From NCBI GenBank assembly GCA_001778235.1, contig MFGJ01000001.1, positions 69,302 through 133,301 on the forward strand: DNA of 64,000 nucleotides. The letters run 5' to 3'. The stretch's first letter is position 1. The number at the start of each line of letters is the position of its first letter. The notes below the pieces were generated by a model that saw only the letters and a program-made list of their open reading frames with translations, ran no database searches and was not told the DNA's origin. This DNA is from Candidatus Falkowbacteria bacterium RIFOXYC2_FULL_36_12. GTDB lineage: Bacteria; Patescibacteriota; Patescibacteriia; UBA11705. Positions 20,588 to 32,200 of the stretch are shown here, in pieces. Both the position numbers and the translations under genes were made by a program.

Positions 20588-21952
20588 ATGAATGAATTAA
20601 AAACCATTATCAAACAAATCAGTGCTGAAAAAGGGATCACAGAAGAAGCGGTCTACGATACAATCAATTCTGCTTTGGCAGCAGCTTTTAGAAAAGATTT
20701 CGGTGAACCAAATCAAAATATCGTAGCTGATTATAATCTGGAAACTGGAGAATTAAAAGTTTTTGATGAAAAAATAGTGGTTGAAAATCTGACTGAAAAA
20801 GAAATTGCGGATATTGAAAAATTAAAACAGTTAAGGGAAGCAAGAAAAGAAGAAATGGAAAAAATTGGTAAACAGGTTGAAAAAACTGAAGAAGAAATTG
20901 AACTGGAAGAAACTATAAGAAAATTTAATCCAAAATCTGAAGTTGAATTAAAAGAGGCGAAAGAAATAAAAAAATCATACAAAATTGATGATATTGTACG
21001 CACACCACTTGAAATCCCTGGAGAGTTTGGACGAATGGCGGCGCAAACTGCAAAACAGGTTATCATACAAAAGCTACGAGAAGCAGAGAGAGACATTATT
21101 TATGCTCAATACAAAAAACGCGAAGGAGAAATTTTATCTGGAATTGTTCAAAAGAGAGATGGACGAAATTTTGTTATTGACCTTGGAAACGCCAATGCTC
21201 TATTACCATTTGAAGAACAAATTAAAAACGAAAGATACCATCTTGGAGATAGAATAAAAATTGTTCTATTGTCTGCTGGTGAGGATATCAAGGCCCCAAA
21301 TTTAATTGTGTCTCGAGCGACTCCATTATTTGTAGAAAAGCTGTTTGAGACTGAAATCCCTGAAATTGCCAATCATACAATCGCGATCAAAGGGATTGCC
21401 AGAGAGGCTGGCTCCCGAGCCAAAGTGGCGGTTCATACTGATGATGAAAGCATTGATCCAATTGGGTCATGCATTGGGCAAAAAGGCTCTAGAATTCAAA
21501 CTATAATCGCTGAATTAAATGGAGAAAAAATTGATATTATTGAATTCAATACTAACCCAGTGAAATACATTGCCAATGCTCTCATGCCAGCTAGAATTAC
21601 TTCGGTTGAGGTGGATGAAACTACACAAACCGCAGTTGTAATTGTTCCAAGTGATCAACTTTCTTTGACTATTGGACGAGATGGCCAAAATGTCAGATTG
21701 GCAGTAAAATTGACTGGCCTAAAAATAAACATCAGGGAACAAGAAACTGGAAATGCTATCTTGGATAAGAACAAAATGAACGAAAAACCAGCTGAAGAAA
21801 AAGTGATTGAAAAACAATCAGAAGCAGAGCTCGCAACAAAAGAAACTGAAGAAAAAACTGTTGAAGTTAAAGCTGTTGAAGTTAAAAAAGAAAAGAAAAA
21901 GAAAACTGCAACTAAAAAAGCTTCCAAGAAAAAAAAGACTGATGAGAAATAA
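20588..21952 (+). CDS. nusA: Transcription factor NusA
   Basis: FGRMAAQTAKQVI, S1, KH (AREAGSRAKVAV, IGRDGQNVRLA). Confidence 0.97.
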   Translation: MNELKTIIKQISAEKGITEEAVYDTINSALAAAFRKDFGEPNQNIVADYNLETGELKVFDEKIVVENLTEKEIADIEKLKQLREARKEEMEKIGKQVEKTEEEIELEETIRKFNPKSEVELKEAKEIKKSYKIDDIVRTPLEIPGEFGRMAAQTAKQVIIQKLREAERDIIYAQYKKREGEILSGIVQKRDGRNFVIDLGNANALLPFEEQIKNERYHLGDRIKIVLLSAGEDIKAPNLIVSRATPLFVEKLFETEIPEIANHTIAIKGIAREAGSRAKVAVHTDDESIDPIGSCIGQKGSRIQTIIAELNGEKIDIIEFNTNPVKYIANALMPARITSVEVDETTQTAVVIVPSDQLSLTIGRDGQNVRLAVKLTGLKINIREQETGNAILDKNKMNEKPAEEKVIEKQSEAELATKETEEKTVEVKAVEVKKEKKKKTATKKASKKKKTDEK

Positions 21953-22020
21953 TCAGAATTTGCCTCAATTGATTGAAAATAAATAAATAAGTATTTTACT
22001 TAATAAAAATACAAAGACCT

Positions 22021-22791
22021 ATGATTGCGTTTTACAATACGATTGTTTATGAACCAATATTAAATCTGTTAATTTATCTCTATAATATTATCCCAGGACA
22101 TGACTTAGGCGTAGCAATAATTCTATTAACAATCATTGTCAAGGCATTGTTGATGCCACTTTCATGGAAAGCCTTAAAATCCCAAAAATCCTTGCAAGAT
22201 ATCCAGCCAAAAATGGATGCACTACGAAAACAGTACAAAGATAAAAAGGAAGTCCTGGCCAAAGAAATGATGAAGCTCTATAAAGATAATAAAGTGAATC
22301 CACTTTCAAGCTGTCTACCAACCTTGCTCCAACTACCCTTCTTACTAGCAATTTATTCTGTTTTCAGACGAGATGTACTGTCAAGTGATAGCATCCAAGG
22401 AATTTATTCTTTTATACAAGTACCTGAACATCTTAATACTGTGGCATTTGGGTTTCTTGATTTGCTGGTACCAAGTCTGATTTTGGCGATAATTGCCGGT
22501 ATTGGACAATATATCCAAGCCAAGATGCTAATGACCAAAAGTGCCCCAGGCATGGTGAAATCCGGTGCAAAAGATGAAAATATTATGGCGGAAATGAATA
22601 AATCAATGGTTTATTTCATGCCCTTGATCACGATATTTATTGGTTCACGGCTACCGAGCAGTTTCACTCTGTATTGGTTAATAACAACTATTTTGACCAT
22701 TATTCAACAAAAAGTAGTGTTCTCAAAAATGAAAGCTGAATTAAATAAAAACAATATACTTGATGTTAAGTCTGAAAATAAGCAACCATAA
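22021..22791 (+). CDS. yidC: YidC/Oxa1 membrane protein insertase
   Basis: GVAIILLTIIVK, QPKM, NPLSSCLPTLLQLP, LYW. Confidence 0.93.
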   Translation: MIAFYNTIVYEPILNLLIYLYNIIPGHDLGVAIILLTIIVKALLMPLSWKALKSQKSLQDIQPKMDALRKQYKDKKEVLAKEMMKLYKDNKVNPLSSCLPTLLQLPFLLAIYSVFRRDVLSSDSIQGIYSFIQVPEHLNTVAFGFLDLLVPSLILAIIAGIGQYIQAKMLMTKSAPGMVKSGAKDENIMAEMNKSMVYFMPLITIFIGSRLPSSFTLYWLITTILTIIQQKVVFSKMKAELNKNNILDVKSENKQP

Positions 22792-22792
22792 G

Positions 22793-23092
22793 ATGAAAAT
22801 AAAGTACACAAAAATTAAAGGTCTGCCGGTTGTTTGCCAAAAGAGCAAGACAAGGGTTGGTAAACTTTATAATCTCGAAGTTGATACTGACAGCCTAAAA
22901 ATAATTAGCCTGATAGTCGGACAAAGCTGGTTTGGTCCGAGAGTTTATGTCTCGATCGATCAAGTAATCGCAATAAAAGAAGACCAGATTGAAATCAATG
23001 ATGCTTTTATCAAAGAGGCAGAGATTAATTCTGCGGAGTCAATCAAGCAATTGAACAACTCTATTCCAGTGATTGAAAAAAGTATTGAATGA
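22793..23092 (+). CDS. PRC-barrel domain protein
   Basis: IKGLPVV..G..VGKLYNLEVDTDS.KIISL.V pattern. Confidence 0.7.
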   Translation: MKIKYTKIKGLPVVCQKSKTRVGKLYNLEVDTDSLKIISLIVGQSWFGPRVYVSIDQVIAIKEDQIEINDAFIKEAEINSAESIKQLNNSIPVIEKSIE

Positions 23093-24053
23093 AAATATGT
23101 TATTAACAGAAATAGACAGAGCAACACTTCGAACAATTGTCTATTTTGATATTTTTGACTTTCCGCTAACTGCAAATGAGGTCTATAAATATCTGATTGC
23201 AAGAAATGTAACTTCAGACAAAGCAGTAATTCATAGTTTGCAAAATCTAGAATCCTTTCTGGGACACAGAGAAGGATTTTATTTTTTAAAAAACAGAGAA
23301 GATACTATTGAGTTGCGAAAAGATAATTATTTGTTGTCAGATGAAAAATATAAACTGGCGATAAATAATATAAAACTCTTAAAAAAATGTGCTTTTGTTA
23401 AAGCTATTTTTATTACTAATAAGTTAAGCTATTCAAACCCAAGGGAAAATGGTGATATTGACATTGCGATTGTTTGTCAGGCTGGGCGAATCTGGAGCTG
23501 TAGATTTTTTACAACCTTGATGATGAAATTATTAGGACGAAGACCAACAAAAATAAAACAAAAAAATAAAATTTGCTTGAGTTTTTTCCTTGATGAAAAA
23601 AATCTAAATTTAGAAAAGTTTGCAGGTGAAAACGATCTGCACTTGGCTTTCTGGGTGAGACAGTTTGTGCCTATTTTTGATCCAGAAAAAATAAACGCAA
23701 AAATCCAGCAAGAAAATATTTGGATAAATAAATTACTCCCAAATTGCCAGGAATATGTAGTGAATCAACGAAGAAGAGTCTCAAGGAGATCGTGGATGCA
23801 AGCAGTTTGGCTGATTATTTCACCAAAGCGATTGGAAAATGTATTTAGGAAAATTCAACTAAATAAGCTATCAATTGATTTGAAAAATAAATTGGGACAA
23901 AATAACAATGATGTGGTAATGAATGATGCAATTCTAAAACTGCATAGCACTGATAGAAGAAAATATTTTAACCAATTGTGGGAAAAAAGATGTAAAGAAA
24001 TCATTCCCCAATTTTCAATTACTGAACTATTTAAAACATTAATAAATAAATAA
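23073..24053 (+). CDS. Conserved hypothetical protein, nucleotidyltransferase-like
   Basis: TIVYFDIFDFPLT N-terminus, LS..N...GDIDIAIV resembling a DxD NTase motif; start probably 23097. Confidence 0.65.
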   Translation: MKKVLNENMLLTEIDRATLRTIVYFDIFDFPLTANEVYKYLIARNVTSDKAVIHSLQNLESFLGHREGFYFLKNREDTIELRKDNYLLSDEKYKLAINNIKLLKKCAFVKAIFITNKLSYSNPRENGDIDIAIVCQAGRIWSCRFFTTLMMKLLGRRPTKIKQKNKICLSFFLDEKNLNLEKFAGENDLHLAFWVRQFVPIFDPEKINAKIQQENIWINKLLPNCQEYVVNQRRRVSRRSWMQAVWLIISPKRLENVFRKIQLNKLSIDLKNKLGQNNNDVVMNDAILKLHSTDRRKYFNQLWEKRCKEIIPQFSITELFKTLINK

Positions 24054-24063
24054 AAAAAGTGGA

Positions 24064-24294
24064 TCATTGTCCACTGGTTTTGTTAATTTGTTCGATATTA
24101 GTATCCGAAACTGATTGTTCGGGATTGTCGACTGATTGTGCGATCCCATAACAGAATAGCAAAAAAAATATTAGACTGATAATATATGCAATTATTTTCT
24201 TACGCAATTCTGTTTTGCGAGAATAAAACCCCGCTGCAACAAATGTGACCACCAGACAAGCAAAAGCTACAATCCAAACGACTACCCACCACAT
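24064..24294 (-). CDS. Small membrane protein (orphan)
   Basis: Two hydrophobic helices; CACCCAGGAGG leader. Confidence 0.65.
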   Translation of the reverse strand: MWWVVVWIVAFACLVVTFVAAGFYSRKTELRKKIIAYIISLIFFLLFCYGIAQSVDNPEQSVSDTNIEQINKTSGQ

Positions 24295-24314
24295 TGGTTC
24301 CTCCTGGGTGCTAG

Positions 24315-24887
24315 CTAGGGGTTACGAGACCAACCGAGATCACCAGAATATGGCTCATGAAAACAAGTATTATCATTAAAAACATGAAATATCTCAACAA
24401 TTGACTTGCCCCGACTTTTTTCTGCGGTATAATCAAATCTATCATCATAATATTCCAGTATAAACTCATAGCCTCGGGATGAATCGTCAGAATACTGACT
24501 GCTCCAATCTTCACGAGTGATAACAACAGAATTACCCTTACCGAAAGAATACCTCGGAAAAACATAGACGGATGATGATAGATTGGTGTGTAAAGCAAAT
24601 CGTTCGTCAACATCGGTTGATAATTTGATCGAGTCATTACCAGCATCAATTTTTATATTTCTCCATTCCATTGAACAGAAATTGCCCTTGATGTTGCTAC
24701 TTTGATATTTAATATTAATGAATGAGATGCTGACTAAAATTGCTGACAGAAAGGCAAGTAGAAAAAAAATTACTGACCACTTTGCATGTTTTCGATACTT
24801 GGTTAGAATAAATGATTTGTATTGTATAACGGCAATAATTAAACAAAACAAGGTAAAAAACAAAAAAACAAAGAGCAATTGTATCAT
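24315..24887 (-). CDS. Hypothetical membrane-anchored protein (orphan)
   Basis: Two TM helices then soluble domain; start at ATG 24887 behind CACCCAGGAGG and a TTGACA promoter. Confidence 0.7.
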   Translation of the reverse strand: MIQLLFVFLFFTLFCLIIAVIQYKSFILTKYRKHAKWSVIFFLLAFLSAILVSISFINIKYQSSNIKGNFCSMEWRNIKIDAGNDSIKLSTDVDERFALHTNLSSSVYVFPRYSFGKGNSVVITREDWSSQYSDDSSRGYEFILEYYDDRFDYTAEKSRGKSIVEIFHVFNDNTCFHEPYSGDLGWSRNP

Positions 24888-24988
24888 CTGCGCCTCCTGG
24901 GTGTGAAGGAACATAATGTTATAATATAATATAAATAGAGTAAAGTGTCAATCATGAGAGAAAATTTTAGATAATAGAAAAATAATCG

Positions 24989-26308
24989 TTGATTATGAAA
25001 AATTTGAAATATACAATCGAGTATCTTATTTACCTATTAATTTTTTTATTGCCTTGGCAGACAAGATGGATCTATAAACCAGCGGAAATCAATGGTGGGT
25101 ATTATGAATATGGGACTTTATCGCTATATGGCACAGAGATTTTACTGGGATTAATAGTACTGCTAACAATAATTTTTGTTTATACAAAAATTAGTTTGAA
25201 AAACAATAATTTTTCAGGGAAAAGACTGCTATTAGCTCTACTCGTCGTAATGGTTGCGATTTTATCAATTTTGTTAGCTCAAAATCAGGAGTTAGCTATA
25301 AATAAAATTTCACAGTTTGCACTCGGTGGAGCTCTAATCGCAGTATTTCTGGTTATAAAACCGCGACTTCTAAATATTGCTTATGTTTTTGTCGCCTCAA
25401 CTGTAGTTCAAAGCATTTTAGCAATTCAACAGTTTGTAACTCAACAAGTCGGGGCAAACAAATGGCTAGGAATGGCGAGTCAAAAACCAGAAATTCTAGG
25501 GACACCAATAATTGAGAGTAATGGCGAAAGGATATTGAGATCATTTGGTTCACTGCCCCATCCAAATATTTTGGGAGGGATGTTAATCATTGGCTTGCTG
25601 TTCATTATCTATATTTATAGTAAAGAAAAAAACTTGCTCGCAAAATATTTATTGGTAATTGGTTTTATGTTAAATAGCATTGCCTTGTTTTTCTGTTTTT
25701 CACGGTCAGCAATGCTGGCATTGTTAATGAGTCTAGCATTTTTTTATTTTCTGGTCATAAAAATGAAATTTGAGAGATTAAAATCTGTTGGAAATAAATT
25801 TCTACTGATTTTTCTAATGGTTTTTATGATTTTTTCAGCGTTTAATTTTGATTTAACGCAAACACGAATAACTGGGTTTGCCAGGCTGGAACAAAAATCG
25901 ACAGAAGAAAGATTGAGCGGATATAATGATGCATTGCAAATTTTCAAGAATAATTGGCTAGCTGGAGTTGGTCCAGGCAACTATACTGAATCACTGAAGA
26001 GCCTGACTCCAGATCAACCAAGCTGGTACTATCAACCGACTCATAATTCAATAATTTTGTTAACTGTTGAATTTGGGATTGGAGGAGGATTGTTGTTTTG
26101 TTTATCAATATATTGGCTGATTAAAAATACTTTTTTTGATAAGAAGAAAAAAATAAATGAAGAAAATCTAATTTTTGTAATTAGCTGGTTTGGCCTATTG
26201 GTAATCAGTTTATTTGATCATTATTTATATTCATTTTGGGTGGGAAATTTATTATTTTTTTCCAGCTGTGCAATAGTATTGCAAACATTATTGACAAAGA
26301 ATAATTAA
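24989..26308 (+). CDS. O-antigen ligase (WaaL/Wzy_C) family membrane protein
   Basis: Multi-TM, RSFGSLPHPNILGG, FSRSA, GVGPGNY, PTHN..LLTVEFG. Confidence 0.88.
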   Translation: MIMKNLKYTIEYLIYLLIFLLPWQTRWIYKPAEINGGYYEYGTLSLYGTEILLGLIVLLTIIFVYTKISLKNNNFSGKRLLLALLVVMVAILSILLAQNQELAINKISQFALGGALIAVFLVIKPRLLNIAYVFVASTVVQSILAIQQFVTQQVGANKWLGMASQKPEILGTPIIESNGERILRSFGSLPHPNILGGMLIIGLLFIIYIYSKEKNLLAKYLLVIGFMLNSIALFFCFSRSAMLALLMSLAFFYFLVIKMKFERLKSVGNKFLLIFLMVFMIFSAFNFDLTQTRITGFARLEQKSTEERLSGYNDALQIFKNNWLAGVGPGNYTESLKSLTPDQPSWYYQPTHNSIILLTVEFGIGGGLLFCLSIYWLIKNTFFDKKKKINEENLIFVISWFGLLVISLFDHYLYSFWVGNLLFFSSCAIVLQTLLTKNN

Positions 26309-26350
26309 TGACATAGCATTAAGAATTCCTTAGCGGGCAAGGAGAACCAG

Positions 26351-26611
26351 ATGAAAAACTTGCTTGATTTTTACAGTTTGCTTTTTGCTTTGCTGGTAAA
26401 GTTTGGGATTCAAAATCTTTTTTTGTCAATGGATAAAAAATATCGGACTACTTTGGCTAAATATTTTAGCTTGGTTTACCTGGCGCACAGGAATGGACTG
26501 TCAGATGATAATAATGAAAGCCAACTCAACTTACTGCGAACACGAATGAAAGAAGAAGGCTTTCCACGCCTATTGTTGGATCTGATTGAATCAACAGCAA
26601 AAAATATTTAG
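26351..26611 (+). CDS. Hypothetical protein (orphan)
   Basis: 86 aa, TTGACA upstream, AAGGAG SD, terminator agaagtca/tgacttct. Confidence 0.6.
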   Translation: MKNLLDFYSLLFALLVKFGIQNLFLSMDKKYRTTLAKYFSLVYLAHRNGLSDDNNESQLNLLRTRMKEEGFPRLLLDLIESTAKNI

Positions 26612-26679
26612 GGGTTATAGAAGTCATTAATCTGACTTCTTTTTTAATAAAAAACACTGAAAATTTATCAGCGTTTAGA

Positions 26680-27318
26680 TTATTCTGCTTTTAGACAAAT
26701 ATGTTCGGGTGGAAGTTCTCGTTCAGTGAGATGACCCTTGGCGACAAGCAGTTTACCAAGCATTCTAAGTCTCCGAAGATAGGTTTTCCATTCTGAAACA
26801 ACTTCAAGCTCACCCTTCTGGCAAATAACATGAATATTAACCGCAGTATCACCAATGTCAACAGAATCTCCAGCATTTGAGTTGAATGCAGTCAAAAATC
26901 CGTACACATTTTCGACCGAATCTGAAATTGTGAATACTCCGCTAAACCCCTCATATCTCTCATCCAAAACAATTGCGCAATAATTAAGTGTAATACTAAC
27001 ATCAAAATGAGCATTTTCCTTATTTTCCTTACCGTGATGATATTCACGAAGACACTTGGCATCATCCATATCTATTTCATGGCTGACGAGACGACATAAA
27101 ATATCGTCTGGATCAGTCTCGGAAACAATAAATGGACCATTAGAAGGAACATCTTCTTTAAAGCTTTCAGGACAAGTACTATCTACCCAGAGTAGAGTAT
27201 CTGGCTTTAACATGGCGAATAAATTTTTACAGTTTGCTTCATGATCTGCACAGTCTTCCATAGTTGGGAATAGTGCGTCACATTCCTCACAGGCAAAACC
27301 ATCAACTCGCTTTGGCAT
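26680..27318 (-). CDS. Hypothetical protein with N-terminal Zn-finger-like motif (orphan)
   Basis: FACEECDALFPTMEDCADHEANC; start at ATG 27318 behind AAGGGGAG. Confidence 0.7.
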   Translation of the reverse strand: MPKRVDGFACEECDALFPTMEDCADHEANCKNLFAMLKPDTLLWVDSTCPESFKEDVPSNGPFIVSETDPDDILCRLVSHEIDMDDAKCLREYHHGKENKENAHFDVSITLNYCAIVLDERYEGFSGVFTISDSVENVYGFLTAFNSNAGDSVDIGDTAVNIHVICQKGELEVVSEWKTYLRRLRMLGKLLVAKGHLTERELPPEHICLKAE

Positions 27319-27466
27319 CAGACTCCCCTTTCCTTGGTGGAGGTCAGTGATAATATTTTTTAGCACAAGAAAAATATTTTGTCAATGCTAGGAACTGTTG
27401 ACAGAAGAAAGCCAATTTGCTAAAAATAGTTAAGGATTGAAATAATAATAAAATAAGTAAAAATTT

Positions 27467-27754
27467 ATGCTGAAACCATTAAATGATAATGTGGTGGTAA
27501 AACCACTAACCAGTGAAGAAACCACTGCATCAGGTATTATTATCCCAGACACAGCTTCAAAAGAAAAACCTGAACAAGGTGAAATAATTGCTGTCGGACC
27601 GGGAAAAATATCTGAATCTGGGGTGAGAGTGCAAATGAGTGTTCAAGTGGGACAAAAAATCGTATTTACAAAATATTCACCAAATGAGATCAAAATTGGT
27701 ACTGAAAATTATTTGGTTTTAAAAGAAGAAGATATTTTGGCAATTGTAGAATAA
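27467..27754 (+). CDS. groES: Co-chaperonin GroES
   Basis: LKPLND, TASGIIIPDTA, AVGPG. Confidence 0.98.
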   Translation: MLKPLNDNVVVKPLTSEETTASGIIIPDTASKEKPEQGEIIAVGPGKISESGVRVQMSVQVGQKIVFTKYSPNEIKIGTENYLVLKEEDILAIVE

Positions 27755-27779
27755 ATATTTATTAATCATACCCTGATAG

Positions 27780-29429
<1,650 letters not shown>

Positions 29430-29467
29430 ATAAAATTTTTAGAATAATCTGTAATTTAGATTTTTAT

Positions 29468-29491
29468 AAAAGCGGGAATATACCCGCTTTT
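29468..29491 (+). terminator. Intrinsic terminator after groEL
   Basis: aaaagcggg-aatata-cccgctttt. Confidence 0.75.
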
Positions 29492-29499
29492 GTATTAGC

Positions 29500-30345
29500 A
29501 AAAAAACACTCCAGCGAATAGCTGGTGTGTGCGTTTAGAGGAGAGGTTGTTGAAAGTAGTGGCTAGCAATGAAATTTAAATGTAAGTTGTTGATTTGTTA
29601 AAACAAGTTTTTTTTAGAATAAGTGATTGATTACGCTTCGCGTCTTACTTTTTGGTGGCAAAAAGTAAGCAAAAACCACTGGGTGAACAAATGCGAATTG
29701 TTTTTGTCAAGTTCGTGGTTTTGATGACGCGCTTGTTCACCCAGACCCGATGCTTGGCATGTTTGTGGGGTTGAATGTATAAAGTAAGTTATCATTTTGC
29801 TATAGCAGGTTTTTTGAAAAAAGTGATTGATTGCGCTTTGCGCCTTACTTTTTGATGGCAAAAAGTAAGCAAAAACCACTGGGGGCTTTAATTGCTACTT
29901 ATGAAAATTATTTTGTGTTTTAAACACGGCAAGAAAGCCCCCAGACCCGATGCTTACCGTGTTCGTGGGGTTGAATAATAAAGTATGTGATTGGTATTGC
30001 TAAAGCAAGTTTTTTTGACACCCTGCCTGAAAGCCTTAGTCTGTCTCGACTTCACGATGAAGACGGGCAAGATGCGTTAAATGTTATTGTTGTTTATATA
30101 TTTAAATTTGTCACTCTGAACTTGTTTCAGAGTATAAAGGGATAGCTTGATTATACCTTGATTATACCCTGAAATCCATCTTCGTTAAAACTTCGATGGA
30201 CAAGTAAATTCAGAGCCTGCCCTGAATTAATTTCAGGGGTGACAAGTGAGAGTGTTGGTAGCGCGCATTACGCCCCCAGATTTGCCTTCATCAAGATTAC
30301 GGCAGGCAAGACCCGAGGCTGGTCATGTTCGTGGGGTTTAATATT
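29500..30345. repeat. Composite non-coding repeat island (dispersed 140-bp repeat, two 200-bp tandem units, inverted REP pair with nested inserts)
   Basis: 29500-29642 matches 63761-63901; units starting 29621 and 29821 share aagtgattgatt..cttactttttg..caaaaagtaagcaaaaaccactggg...cccagacccgatgctt; REP tgtcactctgaacttgtttcagagtataa at 30109-30137 faces an interrupted inverse copy at 30162-30244; 30162-30340 matches 58702-58825. Confidence 0.85.
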
Positions 30346-30433
30346 ACTGAAGTTTTATTTTATTTTTGACAATCTTGCGTATATTGTGTAAGCTGAAAAA
30401 TGATTTTGTCCTTTTCACCAGACCGGAGGGAAA

Positions 30434-30961
30434 ATGATTCACCTGAAAGTAAATAAGTTTGGTATTGCCCCACTTGACACTTCAAGTGAAAATAATAAGC
30501 GAAATATAGTTGTTCCCTTGCTTGAAATAATGCAAAAAATCAGTGGTGCAACTGACAATTGGTTTAGTCCATCAATAATGAGAGAAGTAAAAATGTATTC
30601 GGCGGAAGATAGAAATATGCCTTCATCATATTTAAAATTATTTGTGGTGTCTGATTTTCTAAATTGCTATGATGACTGGAAACTATTGCTGTGTTTTATT
30701 CTTGATGTTGTTAGTGGAAAACTTTTCCTAATTCAGGTACATTTATATTTAGTACACACATTAACTGAACTTCAGCCAAGGCAAATACCTGATCTGCAAA
30801 AAGGAACTGATATTTTTGGTGTTGTTAATTTCGAGAGATCACTTGATGGGAAAATTGCATTGCAACAAACCTCAATAATTTCAGCTGTAGACCCAGATAA
30901 AAAGCGTGCGTTTCTAAGATTTTACGGGGAATTGGAGAATTATTTGCATAAACCATATTAA
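30434..30961 (+). CDS. Hypothetical protein (orphan)
   Basis: 175 aa; TTGACA-17-TAAGCT promoter, GGAGGG SD, terminator after stop. Confidence 0.65.
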   Translation: MIHLKVNKFGIAPLDTSSENNKRNIVVPLLEIMQKISGATDNWFSPSIMREVKMYSAEDRNMPSSYLKLFVVSDFLNCYDDWKLLLCFILDVVSGKLFLIQVHLYLVHTLTELQPRQIPDLQKGTDIFGVVNFERSLDGKIALQQTSIISAVDPDKKRAFLRFYGELENYLHKPY

Positions 30962-31016
30962 AAACCGCGATATCATCGTGGCTTTTTTATTTTCGTTCAA
31001 TTTTTTATACTTTTAC

Positions 31017-32102
31017 TCAAACACTGAAACGGAAAACACAGACATCACCATCTTTGACTTCATATAGTTTGCCTTCGAGGTGAATCAGACCTTTTTCTTT
31101 GGCAGCAACTTCGCTCCCAGCTTCAATTAATTTTTGCCAATTGACAACTTCTGCAGCAATAAAACCTTTTTCAAAATCAGTATGAATTTTACCAGCAGCC
31201 TGGGGAGTAAGGGTACCAGCTGTGATTGTCCAAGCACGAGTTTCTTTTGGTCCTGAAGTAAAATAAGTAATTAAATTCAGTTTTTTGTATGATTCAAGGA
31301 TTACGCGATCAAGTCCGGTCATGGTAATGCCTGACTGGTTCAAATATTCAGAAACTTCTTCAGGTGCAAGCTCTGCTAACTCTGATTCTAGCTTGGCACA
31401 GATTGGGATGACGATTTCATTTTGCAAAATATCAATCTGCGGAAGGGTATTTATGTCTGACTCATCAACATTCAAAATGAAAATCATGGGTTTGGCAGTC
31501 AACAAGTTGAGAGATTTGATGGCCTTGTGTTGCTCAAGCTCTAGTGAAATTTTATTTATTAAAATTCCATTTTCTAAATTCTGTTTCAAAAAAGTTAAAA
31601 GCTCAATTTGCTTATTTATAATTTTCATTTCTGATGCTGATGAACCTTTTAATTTGTCAGTGGTTTTTTTTAGTGAATTTTCAACTGTCTGCAAATCAGC
31701 AAAAATCAATTCAAAATTTATGGTTTCTATGTCTGAAGCTGGATCAACTTTGCCTTCAACATGGATAATATCACCAGCGTGAAAATCTCTAACGACTTGA
31801 GCTATTGCATCACATTCACGAATTGTAGCTAAAAATTTATTACCCAAACCTTCACCTTTGTGCGCGCCACGAACCAGACCAGCAATGTCAATAAATTCAA
31901 TCGTGGTTGGAATGATTTTTTCAGATTTTGATAATTTTGCCAACTGCTCGAGACGATCATCAGGGACTTCAACAATTCCTTTGTTGGGCTCAATGGTACA
32001 AAAAGGATAATTAGCAATATCTATTTGCTTCTTGGTTAAAGCATTAAAAGTAGTAGATTTACCGACATTTGGTAGGCCAACGATTCCGATTGAGAATGAC
32101 AT
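31017..32102 (-). CDS. ychF: Redox-regulated ATPase YchF
   Basis: [31 protein letters not shown] domain. Confidence 0.97.
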   Translation of the reverse strand: MSFSIGIVGLPNVGKSTTFNALTKKQIDIANYPFCTIEPNKGIVEVPDDRLEQLAKLSKSEKIIPTTIEFIDIAGLVRGAHKGEGLGNKFLATIRECDAIAQVVRDFHAGDIIHVEGKVDPASDIETINFELIFADLQTVENSLKKTTDKLKGSSASEMKIINKQIELLTFLKQNLENGILINKISLELEQHKAIKSLNLLTAKPMIFILNVDESDINTLPQIDILQNEIVIPICAKLESELAELAPEEVSEYLNQSGITMTGLDRVILESYKKLNLITYFTSGPKETRAWTITAGTLTPQAAGKIHTDFEKGFIAAEVVNWQKLIEAGSEVAAKEKGLIHLEGKLYEVKDGDVCVFRFSV

Positions 32103-32200
32103 AAATAAATTAGGACTTAAATCTTGATAAGGTTTATAAAATTATAAAAGAGACCTGAACTAAAGTCAAGCCTCTTTTTTTAAATAAACTGAATTTTAAT

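Noticed and set aside
29631-29879. 82-aa ORF
   Set aside because: Lies wholly within the 200-bp repeat unit.
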